From contig JAQUWY010000007.1 in assembly GCA_028692655.1 (NCBI GenBank), positions 1-62,952 on the forward strand: a stretch of 62,952 nucleotides of DNA, written 5' to 3'. This DNA is from Candidatus Omnitrophota bacterium (GTDB lineage Bacteria; Omnitrophota; Gorgyraeia; Duberdicusellales; 4484-171). The notes beneath the pieces are model-generated. The model was not told the DNA's origin and did not search any database. It was given only the letters and a program-made list of their open reading frames with translations. The translations under genes and the position numbers were made by a program. Positions 36,956 through 45,876 of the stretch are shown in pieces. Positions within the stretch are counted from its first letter, which is position 1; each line of letters begins with the position of its first letter.

Positions 36956-38035
36956 TCAAAATTGATCTAAAAACCTGACATCGTTTTCATAAAAAAGCCG
37001 TATATCGTCTACCCCGTACTTAAGCATTGCTATTCTCTCTACGCCCATGCCGAAAGCAAATCCCCGATATTTTTTGGGACTTATCCCGCAGGCTTTTAAA
37101 ACATCCGGGTGTATCATGCCGCAGCCTAAAATTTCAAGCCAGCCTTTGCCCTTACACACGCTGCATTTAGCGGTTTGCGGTTTGCGCCTGCCTGCCAGTA
37201 GGCAGGATTTATCAGTTTGCACAAATGACTTTTTATTTCTGCATATAATACAGGAAATATCCACCTCAGCCGAAGGTTCGGTGAAAGGAAAAAAATGCGG
37301 CCTGAATCTTAAGGATACATCGGGAGAAAAAAAAGTATGCGCGAACTGCAGAAGTACGCCTTTTAAATGGGAAAAATCCAGGCTTTCAGCCACAGCAAAG
37401 CCCTCTATCTGATGAAACATAAAAGAGTGCGTAGCATCAACTTCATCGGGCCTGTAGACTCTGCCGGGAGAAATTACCGCCAAGGGCGGCTTGGCATTCT
37501 TCATTACTCGAATTTGAGAAGGCGAGGTATGGCTTCTTAATAGATATTTGCCTTTTTTTGACTCCGGAATATCCAAATAAAAGGTATCAAAAGCATCCCT
37601 GGAAGGATGGTCTAAAGGTATATTTAAAGCTTCAAAATTGTGCCATTCGTCTTCAATCTCGGTTCCCTCAATAACAGAAAATCCTATATTTTCAAAAATA
37701 GAACATATCTGCCGGTTGACTTTAGTCAATACATGCAAAGAACCAGTATCAGGAATCCTGGAAGGAAAAGTTAGATCGGTCTTAGGTTCTGTCATTTGGC
37801 CAGTAGAAAGTTTTTGCTCCAATAATACAGTCATCTTGTTTTTTAAAACATTAAGGGCTTTGCCATAAACAGCCTTTTCTTCTTTAGACAAAGAAGGAAT
37901 TTGAGAAAAAAGCTTGGCCAAAGAAGACTTACGCCCCAGAAAATCGGTCTTAATTTCTTCTAGGCTCTTAGCATCATTATCGGCCTTTAGACGGTTATTA
38001 AATTCCTGGAATAATTGTTTAATTTTTTCTTCCAT
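36956..38035 (-). CDS. pheS: Phenylalanyl-tRNA synthetase alpha subunit
   Basis: HPSRDAFDTF, LRSHTS, FHQIEG, FPFTEPSAEVD, FAFGMGVER. Confidence 0.98.
   Translation of the reverse strand: MEEKIKQLFQEFNNRLKADNDAKSLEEIKTDFLGRKSSLAKLFSQIPSLSKEEKAVYGKALNVLKNKMTVLLEQKLSTGQMTEPKTDLTFPSRIPDTGSLHVLTKVNRQICSIFENIGFSVIEGTEIEDEWHNFEALNIPLDHPSRDAFDTFYLDIPESKKGKYLLRSHTSPSQIRVMKNAKPPLAVISPGRVYRPDEVDATHSFMFHQIEGFAVAESLDFSHLKGVLLQFAHTFFSPDVSLRFRPHFFPFTEPSAEVDISCIICRNKKSFVQTDKSCLLAGRRKPQTAKCSVCKGKGWLEILGCGMIHPDVLKACGISPKKYRGFAFGMGVERIAMLKYGVDDIRLFYENDVRFLDQF
37171..37206. repeat. REP-like palindrome plus 7-mer repeats in frame inside pheS
   Basis: cggtttg x2 followed by CCTGCCTGCCAGTAGGCAGG. Confidence 0.75.
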
Positions 38036-38504
38036 ATTTCTCTCTCACAATGTAAACTAAAGCGGCCGCAAGGCAGATCACAACTGCAATGCCGGAAGCT
38101 TTTATCTTAGTTAAAGAAACTGTTTCAGGGAATTTATACCCCTTCTCTATCACCTTTATGCTCTGCGCATGAATATCGGTTAATTGATGCTGCTGACATT
38201 GTTTAAAAAATTTTCCTTTTACCCGGATAACATCTCCTTTTCGGCAATATCCGCCCCAAGAGTGTATGGCTTTTATTATCTGAGGCCGTGAGAAAAAAAT
38301 TCCCATATGATACCCTGAAGAAGAAATATTCACCCATGCTCCGTCACCCTGGCTCAAAGACTCGCCGATAACCTCTCCTTCTACCTGAAGGTATTTACCG
38401 TCAAAATTCTCGGGGGTTTTAAGCAGCTCCTCCAAGGAAACTATTTTGGCTGAAACGATTGCCGGCAAAAGAAAAATTAATAGCAAAAAAATAAACTTTT
38501 TCAT
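38019..38504 (-). CDS. Exported OB-fold-like protein with C-terminal TM
   Basis: Signal-like N-terminus, VEGEVIG..GDVIRVKGKF, hydrophobic C-terminus. Confidence 0.65.
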   Translation of the reverse strand: MKKFIFLLLIFLLPAIVSAKIVSLEELLKTPENFDGKYLQVEGEVIGESLSQGDGAWVNISSSGYHMGIFFSRPQIIKAIHSWGGYCRKGDVIRVKGKFFKQCQQHQLTDIHAQSIKVIEKGYKFPETVSLTKIKASGIAVVICLAAALVYIVREKYGRKN

Positions 38505-38516
38505 AGAATATAGACG

Positions 38517-40004
38517 TTATTTCTTAAAAAGCGAAAGCAAAAACCCTATAGAAACAAATATTGATATAAATTCAAGCCTTCCTGCCCACATTTGAAAGAT
38601 ATACACTATCTTTAGAAGCAACGGCATGGTGGGATTAGTAATCCCCACTGAAAGCCCTACATTAGCAGTAGCGGAAACTGATTCAAATAAAGACAAAGAA
38701 GCAGGGTACCCCAAAACTATAGCAACCAGAGCGCCGGCCAAATAAGTAAGAAGGAAAAAGGCCGAATATATAAAAGCTTCTTTGACTCTTTTACTGGAAA
38801 AAACCAAATCCTGCAAATGATGAAACCGGTCTTTGTAAACAGACCGAAACGGCATCATCCAACGTTTTATCTCTGTAAAAAAAGTTTTAAAAATTATCCC
38901 CAGGCGCATCAATTTTATGCCTCCGGTAGTCGAACACACTCCTCCTCCCACCATCATAGCGAAAATTAGCGCCAAAACCCCCAGTATGGGAAAATGATTT
39001 AATCCTAAACTGTTAAGATTCGTAAACCCGCAGCCGGTATGTGCCGAAACCAGCTGATAAAAGCCTTTGCGAAAAAGTATTTCTCCAGTTCCACAAAAGC
39101 GTAGAGAAAAATATAAGATTCCGGTTAGGCCAAAAAGGCTTAGCATGAAAGTTTTTATTTCAAAGTTTTTGAAGATTTCTTTTTTGCTTCTGTTCCAGAG
39201 CCAAAAATGCAAGTTGAAATTTATAGCCCCCAAGACCATAAACACTACAGTTGCTGCCTCCATCAGCGGTGAATGATAATAGGCAATATTTTGCGCTTGG
39301 GGCGCAAAGCCTCCGGTATCAAAAGCAGCAAAAAAAATCCAAAGCGCGTGGAAAAAAGATTTATCCCACTTCATCCCCTGGTTATAAAGTATAGCGAAAA
39401 ATGCCGCTACCCCCAGCACCATATACACAAAACTTACTTTCCATATAAACCTAGAAGTGTCTACTACATTAGGTAAAATTTTTTCCTGCCGTGCCTCTCC
39501 TATATAAAAGCCTAAAGCTACTGAACGTGCCCTGGTTAGTATAGAAAGGCTGGCTAAAATTATACCCTGGCCTCCGATAAACATAGTTAAATGCCGCCAC
39601 ATATTGTGAGCAAATGATAAGTGGTCTAAATCCTGGATTAACACCAGCCCTGTTGTAGCGAATCCGCTCATTGACTCAAACCAAGCGTCTATATATGAAG
39701 CAAAATGCCCTGATAGATGCAAAGGCACAGCTCCCAGCAAAGAAAAAATCAGCCAGCCAAAACTGACGGTAAAAAAAGCATGAATCCATCCAGCTTCTTT
39801 TTTCATGGGAAATAAAAGCATCAGCCCAAACCCCAATGCTCCGCATATTCCAAAACCAATAAGAAAATCAAAAAAAGGGGAAACCTCACGTTTCAGGGCC
39901 GCTGTAACTAATGGTATCAGCATGAAAAAGCTTAATCCCAAAACAAGCCTGCCCAAAATATTCAGTATGGAAGAAAAATCTTTTCTGTCGGGAGAAATAA
40001 TCAT
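38517..40004 (-). CDS. trkH: Trk potassium uptake membrane protein
   Basis: FESMSGFATTG, FDTGGF, HTGCG, STTGGIK, ANVGLSVG pore motifs. Confidence 0.93.
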   Translation of the reverse strand: MIISPDRKDFSSILNILGRLVLGLSFFMLIPLVTAALKREVSPFFDFLIGFGICGALGFGLMLLFPMKKEAGWIHAFFTVSFGWLIFSLLGAVPLHLSGHFASYIDAWFESMSGFATTGLVLIQDLDHLSFAHNMWRHLTMFIGGQGIILASLSILTRARSVALGFYIGEARQEKILPNVVDTSRFIWKVSFVYMVLGVAAFFAILYNQGMKWDKSFFHALWIFFAAFDTGGFAPQAQNIAYYHSPLMEAATVVFMVLGAINFNLHFWLWNRSKKEIFKNFEIKTFMLSLFGLTGILYFSLRFCGTGEILFRKGFYQLVSAHTGCGFTNLNSLGLNHFPILGVLALIFAMMVGGGVCSTTGGIKLMRLGIIFKTFFTEIKRWMMPFRSVYKDRFHHLQDLVFSSKRVKEAFIYSAFFLLTYLAGALVAIVLGYPASLSLFESVSATANVGLSVGITNPTMPLLLKIVYIFQMWAGRLEFISIFVSIGFLLSLFKK

Positions 40005-40072
40005 TATTTTATGGATTTAGCAGCCACCGCCCTTGCTTGCGCGGATTTAAATAGCCGGCCGACACAGTGCAG

Positions 40073-40192
40073 TTAAAACACAAAAGAAAGCATATACCCA
40101 AGGCCTAAAAGAAACGCACAAAATAGAATCTCGGTAATAATCCCTAGTGTAATCTTTATCCCATTCTGGCCCAACTGGAAAGCTTTCATCAT
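40073..40192 (-). CDS. Small 39-aa single-TM protein (absent from ORF track)
   Basis: MMKAFQLGQNGIKITLGIITEILFCAFLLGLGYMLSFVF; ATGA overlap with trkA stop. Confidence 0.6.
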   Translation of the reverse strand: MMKAFQLGQNGIKITLGIITEILFCAFLLGLGYMLSFVF

Positions 40193-40854
40193 ATTTTTCC
40201 TATTAAAGCCTTAACAAGGTCTTTTTCTACATCAATAAGAGTGGCTGCGATTACTTCATCGCCGGGAAGAATAACGGTAGACCCGTAAGGAATAATAATA
40301 TCCGGCCCTCTCAGGACCGAAACTAAGACCGAATTCTGGGGCAAGGTTATATCCTTTACAGCTTTATTGGCTACCGGAGAAGCCTCTGGTATGTCCACGC
40401 GGACAATAGAAAGCCTGCCTTTTTTTATGCTGAAAAGGCTCATAACATCCGTAAAAGATGCCTCTTCTTCAACTATCCTGGCAATTATCGAAGTAGAATC
40501 TATAGGGTTATCAACCTCCATATACTTATATAAAGGTATGTGCTTGGGATCATTCACTCTGGCAACGGTCCTTTTTACTCCGAATAATTCCTTGGCGAGA
40601 TAACAAATTATGGTATTATCTTCATCATTGGAAGCCGCACTCACGCAAACGTCGGCTTTTTCTATTTTAGCTTCTTTTAGTATCTCGGGATAAGTCGCAT
40701 CTCCGCAGATAAGCATAATATTGCTCATTTCACTGGCCAGCTGATTGCATAGATTTTCATTCCGGTCTATAAGACAAACTTGGTGGTTATCTTCTCGCAG
40801 CTTTTTAGCCAGAACGCTTCCCAGCCTTCCGGCTCCAGCAATTACTACATACAT
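40189..40854 (-). CDS. trkA: TrkA/KtrA family RCK subunit (N+C domains)
   Basis: GAGRLG, GDAT, ARVND, TrkA_C LRG..IP.G. Confidence 0.92.
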   Translation of the reverse strand: MYVVIAGAGRLGSVLAKKLREDNHQVCLIDRNENLCNQLASEMSNIMLICGDATYPEILKEAKIEKADVCVSAASNDEDNTIICYLAKELFGVKRTVARVNDPKHIPLYKYMEVDNPIDSTSIIARIVEEEASFTDVMSLFSIKKGRLSIVRVDIPEASPVANKAVKDITLPQNSVLVSVLRGPDIIIPYGSTVILPGDEVIAATLIDVEKDLVKALIGKI

Positions 40855-40924
40855 TCCTTGTCTCCTCCAAACCTGCTTATAAATTTACAACTACGCACTA
40901 TCTTTCTCATAACACAGTATGCGC

Positions 40925-41320
40925 TTAAGCAATACATTTACGTAATACTTCCACAATCAGATATGTGCGATTAACAATAGTCAATCCTTCTTCCTTAAAA
41001 ATCTTCTTTTTCATAGTATCATTGACCTGCAGGATTACTTTTTTTGTGCCGTATTTTCTCTTTGTTACCTTGCCAACTACAAGATTAAGATTGTCATTGC
41101 CGGTAATAACATATACCGCATCGGCATCTTTAACCCCGGCTTTCTCCAGAGTATTGATATCTAAAGCGTCAGCCCAGATTTTTTTCCCGTTAAAATCATC
41201 TCCTAAGATGTCCAGGTTTTTTAAGCTTTTATCGACTACAACAACATTAGCATCACCGGAGAGCTCTAAAGCCAACTCTCTACCTGTTTTGCCGGAGCCA
41301 ATAATAACTATGTGCTTCAT
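40925..41320 (-). CDS. TrkA_N-only RCK protein
   Basis: GSGKTG, ADA, TGNDNLN; 131 aa. Confidence 0.85.
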   Translation of the reverse strand: MKHIVIIGSGKTGRELALELSGDANVVVVDKSLKNLDILGDDFNGKKIWADALDINTLEKAGVKDADAVYVITGNDNLNLVVGKVTKRKYGTKKVILQVNDTMKKKIFKEEGLTIVNRTYLIVEVLRKCIA

Positions 41321-41357
41321 AATAAATTTGGTTTCAGGCGCTTAAGCCGGAATTAAG

Positions 41358-41705
41358 TCACTTGGATTTAATTACTTCTACAATTTTATCAAACACCTGC
41401 GGGTGCTCGGCTCCTAATTTAGCCAGAATATCCCGCGAAAGAATGATTTTTTTCTCTTTTAGCCCGTGGATGAGCTCTCTGTAAGAAATACCTCTGGCCA
41501 TTGCGGCGGCTCCGATTCTGGTAATCCAGAGCGACCTAAACTCTCTTTTTTTTGCCCGTCTGTCCCGATAGGCATAGGAGTATGCCCGGCGCAAAGTTTC
41601 AATGGCTCTACGATATTTAGTAGACCTCTCCCCCCAAAAACCTTTGGCTTGCTCTAACACTTTCTTCTTTCTTTTTCTTGCCGCTACAGAATGCTTTGTC
41701 TTCAT
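41358..41705 (-). CDS. rplT: 50S ribosomal protein L20
   Basis: AKGFWG, YAYRDRRAKKREFRSLWITRI; AGGAG before MKTK. Confidence 0.97.
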   Translation of the reverse strand: MKTKHSVAARKRKKKVLEQAKGFWGERSTKYRRAIETLRRAYSYAYRDRRAKKREFRSLWITRIGAAAMARGISYRELIHGLKEKKIILSRDILAKLGAEHPQVFDKIVEVIKSK

Positions 41706-41767
41706 AGTTTCTCCTTGTATGTATTTTACTAAAATTGTGCCTGCTGTTTCGAAACACCTAGTCTTTC

Positions 41768-41968
41768 CTAAGCTGAGTAAGGCATCGCTTCTCTTACCAT
41801 CTTCCTCTCGGCGCTGGAAACCTGACACTGCCTGCGCAGGTCTCTTTTGCGTTTGGTTTTCTTGCAACTGAGAAGATGCCTCCTGCCGGCTTTAGACCTC
41901 ACGATTTTCTTTTTCTTTGTTATCTTTACTCTCTTAGATACAGATTTTTTTGTTTTCAGTTTTGGCAT
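41768..41968 (-). CDS. rpmI: 50S ribosomal protein L35
   Basis: MPKLKTKKSVSKR, RRHLL. Confidence 0.96.
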   Translation of the reverse strand: MPKLKTKKSVSKRVKITKKKKIVRSKAGRRHLLSCKKTKRKRDLRRQCQVSSAERKMVREAMPYSA

Positions 41969-42125
41969 ACTATCTCCTTTTTGCGCAGCTTGCGGCTTCT
42001 ATCTTCCGCAGGTTTTTGTATAATCACGGGAGGAAACCAGAATTCATATACCCTGCTGGAATTTATTTATAATTATATCACAAACTTTCTTGCTGCATTT
42101 ATTTTTTAGTCTGACAGCCTTGCTG

Positions 42126-42635
42126 TTATTTAGGGCTTAAAATGAGAACAAGGGTTTTGCCTAACATATGAGGCTCGCGGTCAACTCTTCCAACACTTTC
42201 CACATCTTTAATCATCTTATCAATAACCCTTCTGCCTATTTCTTTATGCGCTATCTCGCGCCCCCGGAAAAACATTCTTACACGCACTTTATGATGCTTG
42301 CCCAGAAATTCTTTCGCATGCTTAAGCTTTACCTCATAATCATGTTCATCAATTCTGGGGCTTATCCTCAGCTCTTTAAGCTGCAGCTGTTTCTGGTGTT
42401 TCTTTACTTCTTTTTCTCTTTTTTCCTGTTCATATTTATATTTTGAGAAGTCGATTATACGGCAAACCGGAGGATTTGCCTGAGGAGCAACTTCAACTAA
42501 ATCCAAACCTTGCTCCTCAGCTTTTTTTAAGCCTATGTCGCGAGGGAAAACCCCTAACTGTTCTCCTTCGGGGCCTATCACCCGTAAGGTCTTGGCAAGA
42601 ATCCTTTGATTCACTCTGACATATTTCACGTACAA
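42126..42635 (-). CDS. infC: Translation initiation factor IF-3
   Basis: LDLVEVAPQANPPVCRI, FRGRE. Confidence 0.97.
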   Translation of the reverse strand: MYVKYVRVNQRILAKTLRVIGPEGEQLGVFPRDIGLKKAEEQGLDLVEVAPQANPPVCRIIDFSKYKYEQEKREKEVKKHQKQLQLKELRISPRIDEHDYEVKLKHAKEFLGKHHKVRVRMFFRGREIAHKEIGRRVIDKMIKDVESVGRVDREPHMLGKTLVLILSPK

Positions 42636-42647
42636 TTACCTCCTTAT

Positions 42648-44369
42648 TTAAAGAGACTCCTTTTTGTTGCAACCCTCTTTTAGAATATGAAAAAAATCAG
42701 CCAAGCCCATAGCGCCCATATTTTTCATTCCCTGAGCGCGTAAAGAAACTTTGCCCTCGGCTTGTTCTTTTTTCCCGACAATGACCATGTAAGGTATTTT
42801 TGAAAGTTCTTTATCTCTTATTTTTTTTTGTAACGTTTCATCCCTTAAGTCAGCTTCGGCCCTATAACCTTTGTCTTCTAAAGATTGTTTTATTTTCAGG
42901 GCGTATTCTTTCTGATCCTGGGTTACGCTTAAAACACTTACCTGTACCGGAGCAAGCCATAGAGGAAACTTACCGGCATAATGCTCTATAATGGTAGCAA
43001 TAAATCTTTCCAAACTGCCCAGAATAACCCGATGGATCATTACTACCCTTTCCTGCCCCCCATCGGGAGAACGATAGGTTAAATTAAACCGCTTAGGTAT
43101 ACTATAATCCAGCTGAACAGTAGCACATTGCCATTGCCTATTCAAGGCATCTGTTAATTTAATATCAATTTTTGGCCCGTAAAAGGCCCCGTCTCCTTTG
43201 TTTATTTTGTAAGAAAAATTTTTCTTCTTTAAAACATCTTCTAATATCGACTCAGACATCTTCCAGTCTTCTTCGTCGCCAATAAACTTATCGGGCCGAG
43301 TGCTTAGTTCGGCTACAAACTCGGAAAAGCCGAACTTCTCCATTGCCGTTTTAACAAAGTCTAAAACGCCTTCTATTTCTGAATATAAATCGTCTTTGCG
43401 GCAAAAAATATGCGCGTCGTCCTGGGTAAAACCTCTCACCCGTAGTAAACCGTGCAAAACCCCGCTTTTTTCATACCTGTAAACTGTGCCTAATTCAAAA
43501 AGGCGCAGAGGAAGGTCTCTCCAGCTTCTTAATTGAGATTTGTAAATCAGTATGTGGCCGGGGCAATTCATAGGCTTCAAAATGAACTCCTGGTTATCTT
43601 TCTTGATGGGATACATATAGTCTTCGTAGTACTCCAGGTGCCCGCTTTTTACCCATAGTTTTTTATCCATAATGTGAGGTGTCGAAACCAGTTGATAACC
43701 CCTTTTCAAATGTTCTTTTATCTCCCAGTCTTCTATTATTCTTTTAAGCACTGCTCCTTTGTGGAGATAAAAAGCCAGGCCGGCACCAGCCTGGTTGTGA
43801 TAAATATCAAATAACCCCAGTTCTTTACCCAATTTGCGGTGGTCCCTTTTTTTTGCCTCCTGCAAATTATCCAGGTAAATCCTAAGCTCTTTAGCCGTTT
43901 CAAAAGCTGTGCCGTAAATACGCACCAGCTGGGCATTGCTTTCCATGCCCCGCCAGTATGCCCCCGAAGTTGATAGAATCTTAAAATGCTTAACCTTACC
44001 AGTAGAGCCAACATGCGGGCCGCGGCATAAATCAACGTAACCGGCGTGCTTATAAATAGAAACCTTTTCCTGGGCTAATTCTTTAATTAGTTCTACCTTA
44101 TAAGCTTCACCATGGCTTTTAAAAAAATCCAAGGCCTTGTCTTTAGGCCATTCTTCATGCACAAAAGGATAGTCCGCAGAAACCTCTTCTCTCATCAGTT
44201 CCTCTATCCTAGATAGATCTTCTTCCTTTACTCCTTGAGGAATATAGAAATCATAGTAAAACCCATTCTCGATAGACGGGCCAATGCCTAGTTTAGCTTC
44301 GGGGTATATTTTTTTTACTGCCGAAGCCATGATATGCGAACAAGAATGTCTTAAAGTTTCTAAATCCAT
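42648..44369 (-). CDS. thrS: Threonyl-tRNA synthetase (no N-terminal TGS domain)
   Basis: LRHSCSH, DLCRGPH, KPMNCPGH, GAFYGPKID. Confidence 0.98.
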   Translation of the reverse strand: MDLETLRHSCSHIMASAVKKIYPEAKLGIGPSIENGFYYDFYIPQGVKEEDLSRIEELMREEVSADYPFVHEEWPKDKALDFFKSHGEAYKVELIKELAQEKVSIYKHAGYVDLCRGPHVGSTGKVKHFKILSTSGAYWRGMESNAQLVRIYGTAFETAKELRIYLDNLQEAKKRDHRKLGKELGLFDIYHNQAGAGLAFYLHKGAVLKRIIEDWEIKEHLKRGYQLVSTPHIMDKKLWVKSGHLEYYEDYMYPIKKDNQEFILKPMNCPGHILIYKSQLRSWRDLPLRLFELGTVYRYEKSGVLHGLLRVRGFTQDDAHIFCRKDDLYSEIEGVLDFVKTAMEKFGFSEFVAELSTRPDKFIGDEEDWKMSESILEDVLKKKNFSYKINKGDGAFYGPKIDIKLTDALNRQWQCATVQLDYSIPKRFNLTYRSPDGGQERVVMIHRVILGSLERFIATIIEHYAGKFPLWLAPVQVSVLSVTQDQKEYALKIKQSLEDKGYRAEADLRDETLQKKIRDKELSKIPYMVIVGKKEQAEGKVSLRAQGMKNMGAMGLADFFHILKEGCNKKESL

Positions 44370-44375
44370 TTTAAA

Positions 44376-44472
44376 TTCGTATAGAGTGTATCGTATTTCG
44401 TATATCGCAATGCGATAATGCCTTTCTTAAATTCTCAATACGAAGCATTATATACGCTATACGTTATACGAA
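44376..44472. repeat. 7-mer repeat hairpin (TATACG/CGTATA) between tRNA-Val and thrS
   Basis: ttcgtatagagtgtatcgtatttcgtat facing atacgaagcattatatacgctatacgttatacgaa. Confidence 0.7.
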
Positions 44473-45219
44473 AATGGTGGGCGGTGTAGGATTTGAACCT
44501 ACGACCCTCTGAATGTAAGTCAGATGCGCTTCCGCTGCGCCAACCGCCCGTTTATTTGCCCAAATTCCAAGGCCTTTAATCCAGCCGTTAATTTTTGATC
44601 TAAGGCTTGTATCTGCTATAACAATTCTAAATGTTCCTAAAGGTAACGTATCTCTTTTATTTTTACAAACCTTGCTTACAGCAAATTGTGTTTTATGAAA
44701 CTGTTTAAGTGGTATACCACTGGCTTGTGCCCAAAATTTCCTTGCTTTGTTTTCGTCTAAATGCGGATGCAAATGAAGAGCCCCTCGAAACTTAGAGCTA
44801 GAAACACCGCAGACCTCACGAAAGAAACGCATCATTAATTTAATCATCTGGGGGTCTGAATTGCTAAAATTAACCATATTCACCCCCGCCTTATATCCTT
44901 CAGCCCAATACAATGCGCTTCCAACAATACACAATGTCTTTAAAGAACAATTCGCCGGTATTTGGGCGGCCGCATCTCGCTCAATTGCCTGTCGTTTACA
45001 TAGCCAGAATTGCTTTGGGCTGTTGGGATGATTTGCGGCTTTCGCGCGTGCCCTATCTTGATTATTACGTAGCTTTGCTATTTGAACCTCTGTAAGAGCT
45101 ACGTCTCTAACCCACCTGCTTACAGAACTTTTTGAACACCCCAACTCTTTCGTAATGGACCTAACAGACCATCCTCGCTGACGTAATTGTCTCGCTTGCT
45201 GTTTTTTGTGTTTCTTCAT
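44464..45219 (-). CDS. HTH + LAGLIDADG-like domain protein; ORF reads through tRNA-Val
   Basis: N-terminal HTH (GWSVRSITKELGCSKSSVSRW); GSALYWAEG and FSNSDPQMI motifs. Confidence 0.65.
   Translation of the reverse strand: MKKHKKQQARQLRQRGWSVRSITKELGCSKSSVSRWVRDVALTEVQIAKLRNNQDRARAKAANHPNSPKQFWLCKRQAIERDAAAQIPANCSLKTLCIVGSALYWAEGYKAGVNMVNFSNSDPQMIKLMMRFFREVCGVSSSKFRGALHLHPHLDENKARKFWAQASGIPLKQFHKTQFAVSKVCKNKRDTLPLGTFRIVIADTSLRSKINGWIKGLGIWANKRAVGAAEAHLTYIQRVVGSNPTPPTIFV
44475..44549 (-). tRNA. tRNA-Val(TAC)
   Basis: GGGCGGT/ACCGCCC acceptor, TCTGA-CTTACAT-TCAGA, GTAGG-TTCAAAT-CCTAC, CCA. Confidence 0.97.
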
Positions 45220-45250
45220 TATCGAACCTCTGTATTAGTATCAAAATAAA

Positions 45251-45279
45251 TTATAATCCAGAGGTTCCTCACTGTCAAT
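45251..45279 (-). promoter_or_regulatory. Perfect-consensus sigma70 promoter with overlapping inverted repeat
   Basis: TTGACA-N17-TATAAT; GAACCTCTG..CAGAGGTTC spans -10 and +1. Confidence 0.85.
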
Positions 45280-45301
45280 AAGCCCTTGGCGAATACGCTC
45301 A

Positions 45302-45329
45302 ATGATACCAAATTTTTTTGAAAAATCAA
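45302..45329 (-). promoter_or_regulatory. Second upstream promoter (possible ancestral tRNA-Val promoter)
   Basis: TTGATT-N16-TATCAT with TG extension. Confidence 0.45.
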
Positions 45330-45381
45330 CCCTATAACTTCGCCCGGCGGACTGGCCAGACCTGAACTCAAAGACACTAAT

Positions 45382-45822
45382 TTATCCCTTGGGCAAAGCG
45401 GTCATACAAAAAACCATAACAAACAAAGCTACAGTTTCAATTACGCCCAGAACCATGATGTAGTTTCCAAAGCCTTTACCTGTCTCAGCTAAGGCATCAG
45501 AAGCTTTTGCGGCGGCTTTACCCTGAAAAAAAGCCGAAAGCCCCATGGCAAGCCCGCCAAGACAGCCTATAATCATCTGGTAGATATATGCGTCTGAAGG
45601 AAGCTTTGCCGCTTGTATAGCGTTACGTAAAATCATCCCGTAAATGGTTTGAGACAGCGGAGCTCCCACAAAAGCTATCAAAATAAAAGGAGCCACTTTA
45701 TTCTGGATAAAGGCCTTCTTCCAGGCGCCTATCGCCGCCATACCCGCGACCCCTGTTCCCATAGCTGAGCCTATTGCCGAAAGAGTTAAAGAAAAATTCA
45801 TATCTCCTAGACCTTCTACCAT
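45382..45822 (-). CDS. V/A-type ATP synthase subunit K (proteolipid)
   Basis: Four TM helices, PLSQTIYG, IETVALF; AGGAGG RBS. Confidence 0.93.
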   Translation of the reverse strand: MVEGLGDMNFSLTLSAIGSAMGTGVAGMAAIGAWKKAFIQNKVAPFILIAFVGAPLSQTIYGMILRNAIQAAKLPSDAYIYQMIIGCLGGLAMGLSAFFQGKAAAKASDALAETGKGFGNYIMVLGVIETVALFVMVFCMTALPKG

Positions 45823-45876
45823 ATACACCTCCTGATTTATAAAATAATTTTTTGTATATAAACGATACCTCTATCC

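Noticed and set aside
41706-41867. Long N-terminal extension of L20
   Set aside because: Overlaps rpmI; AGGAG precedes MKTK
44370-44470. T-box leader for thrS
   Set aside because: No T-box consensus; region is a short repeat hairpin directly after tRNA-Val
44464-44549. Functional protein domain encoded by the tRNA overlap
   Set aside because: Fully explained by the tRNA cloverleaf; read-through kept only as context
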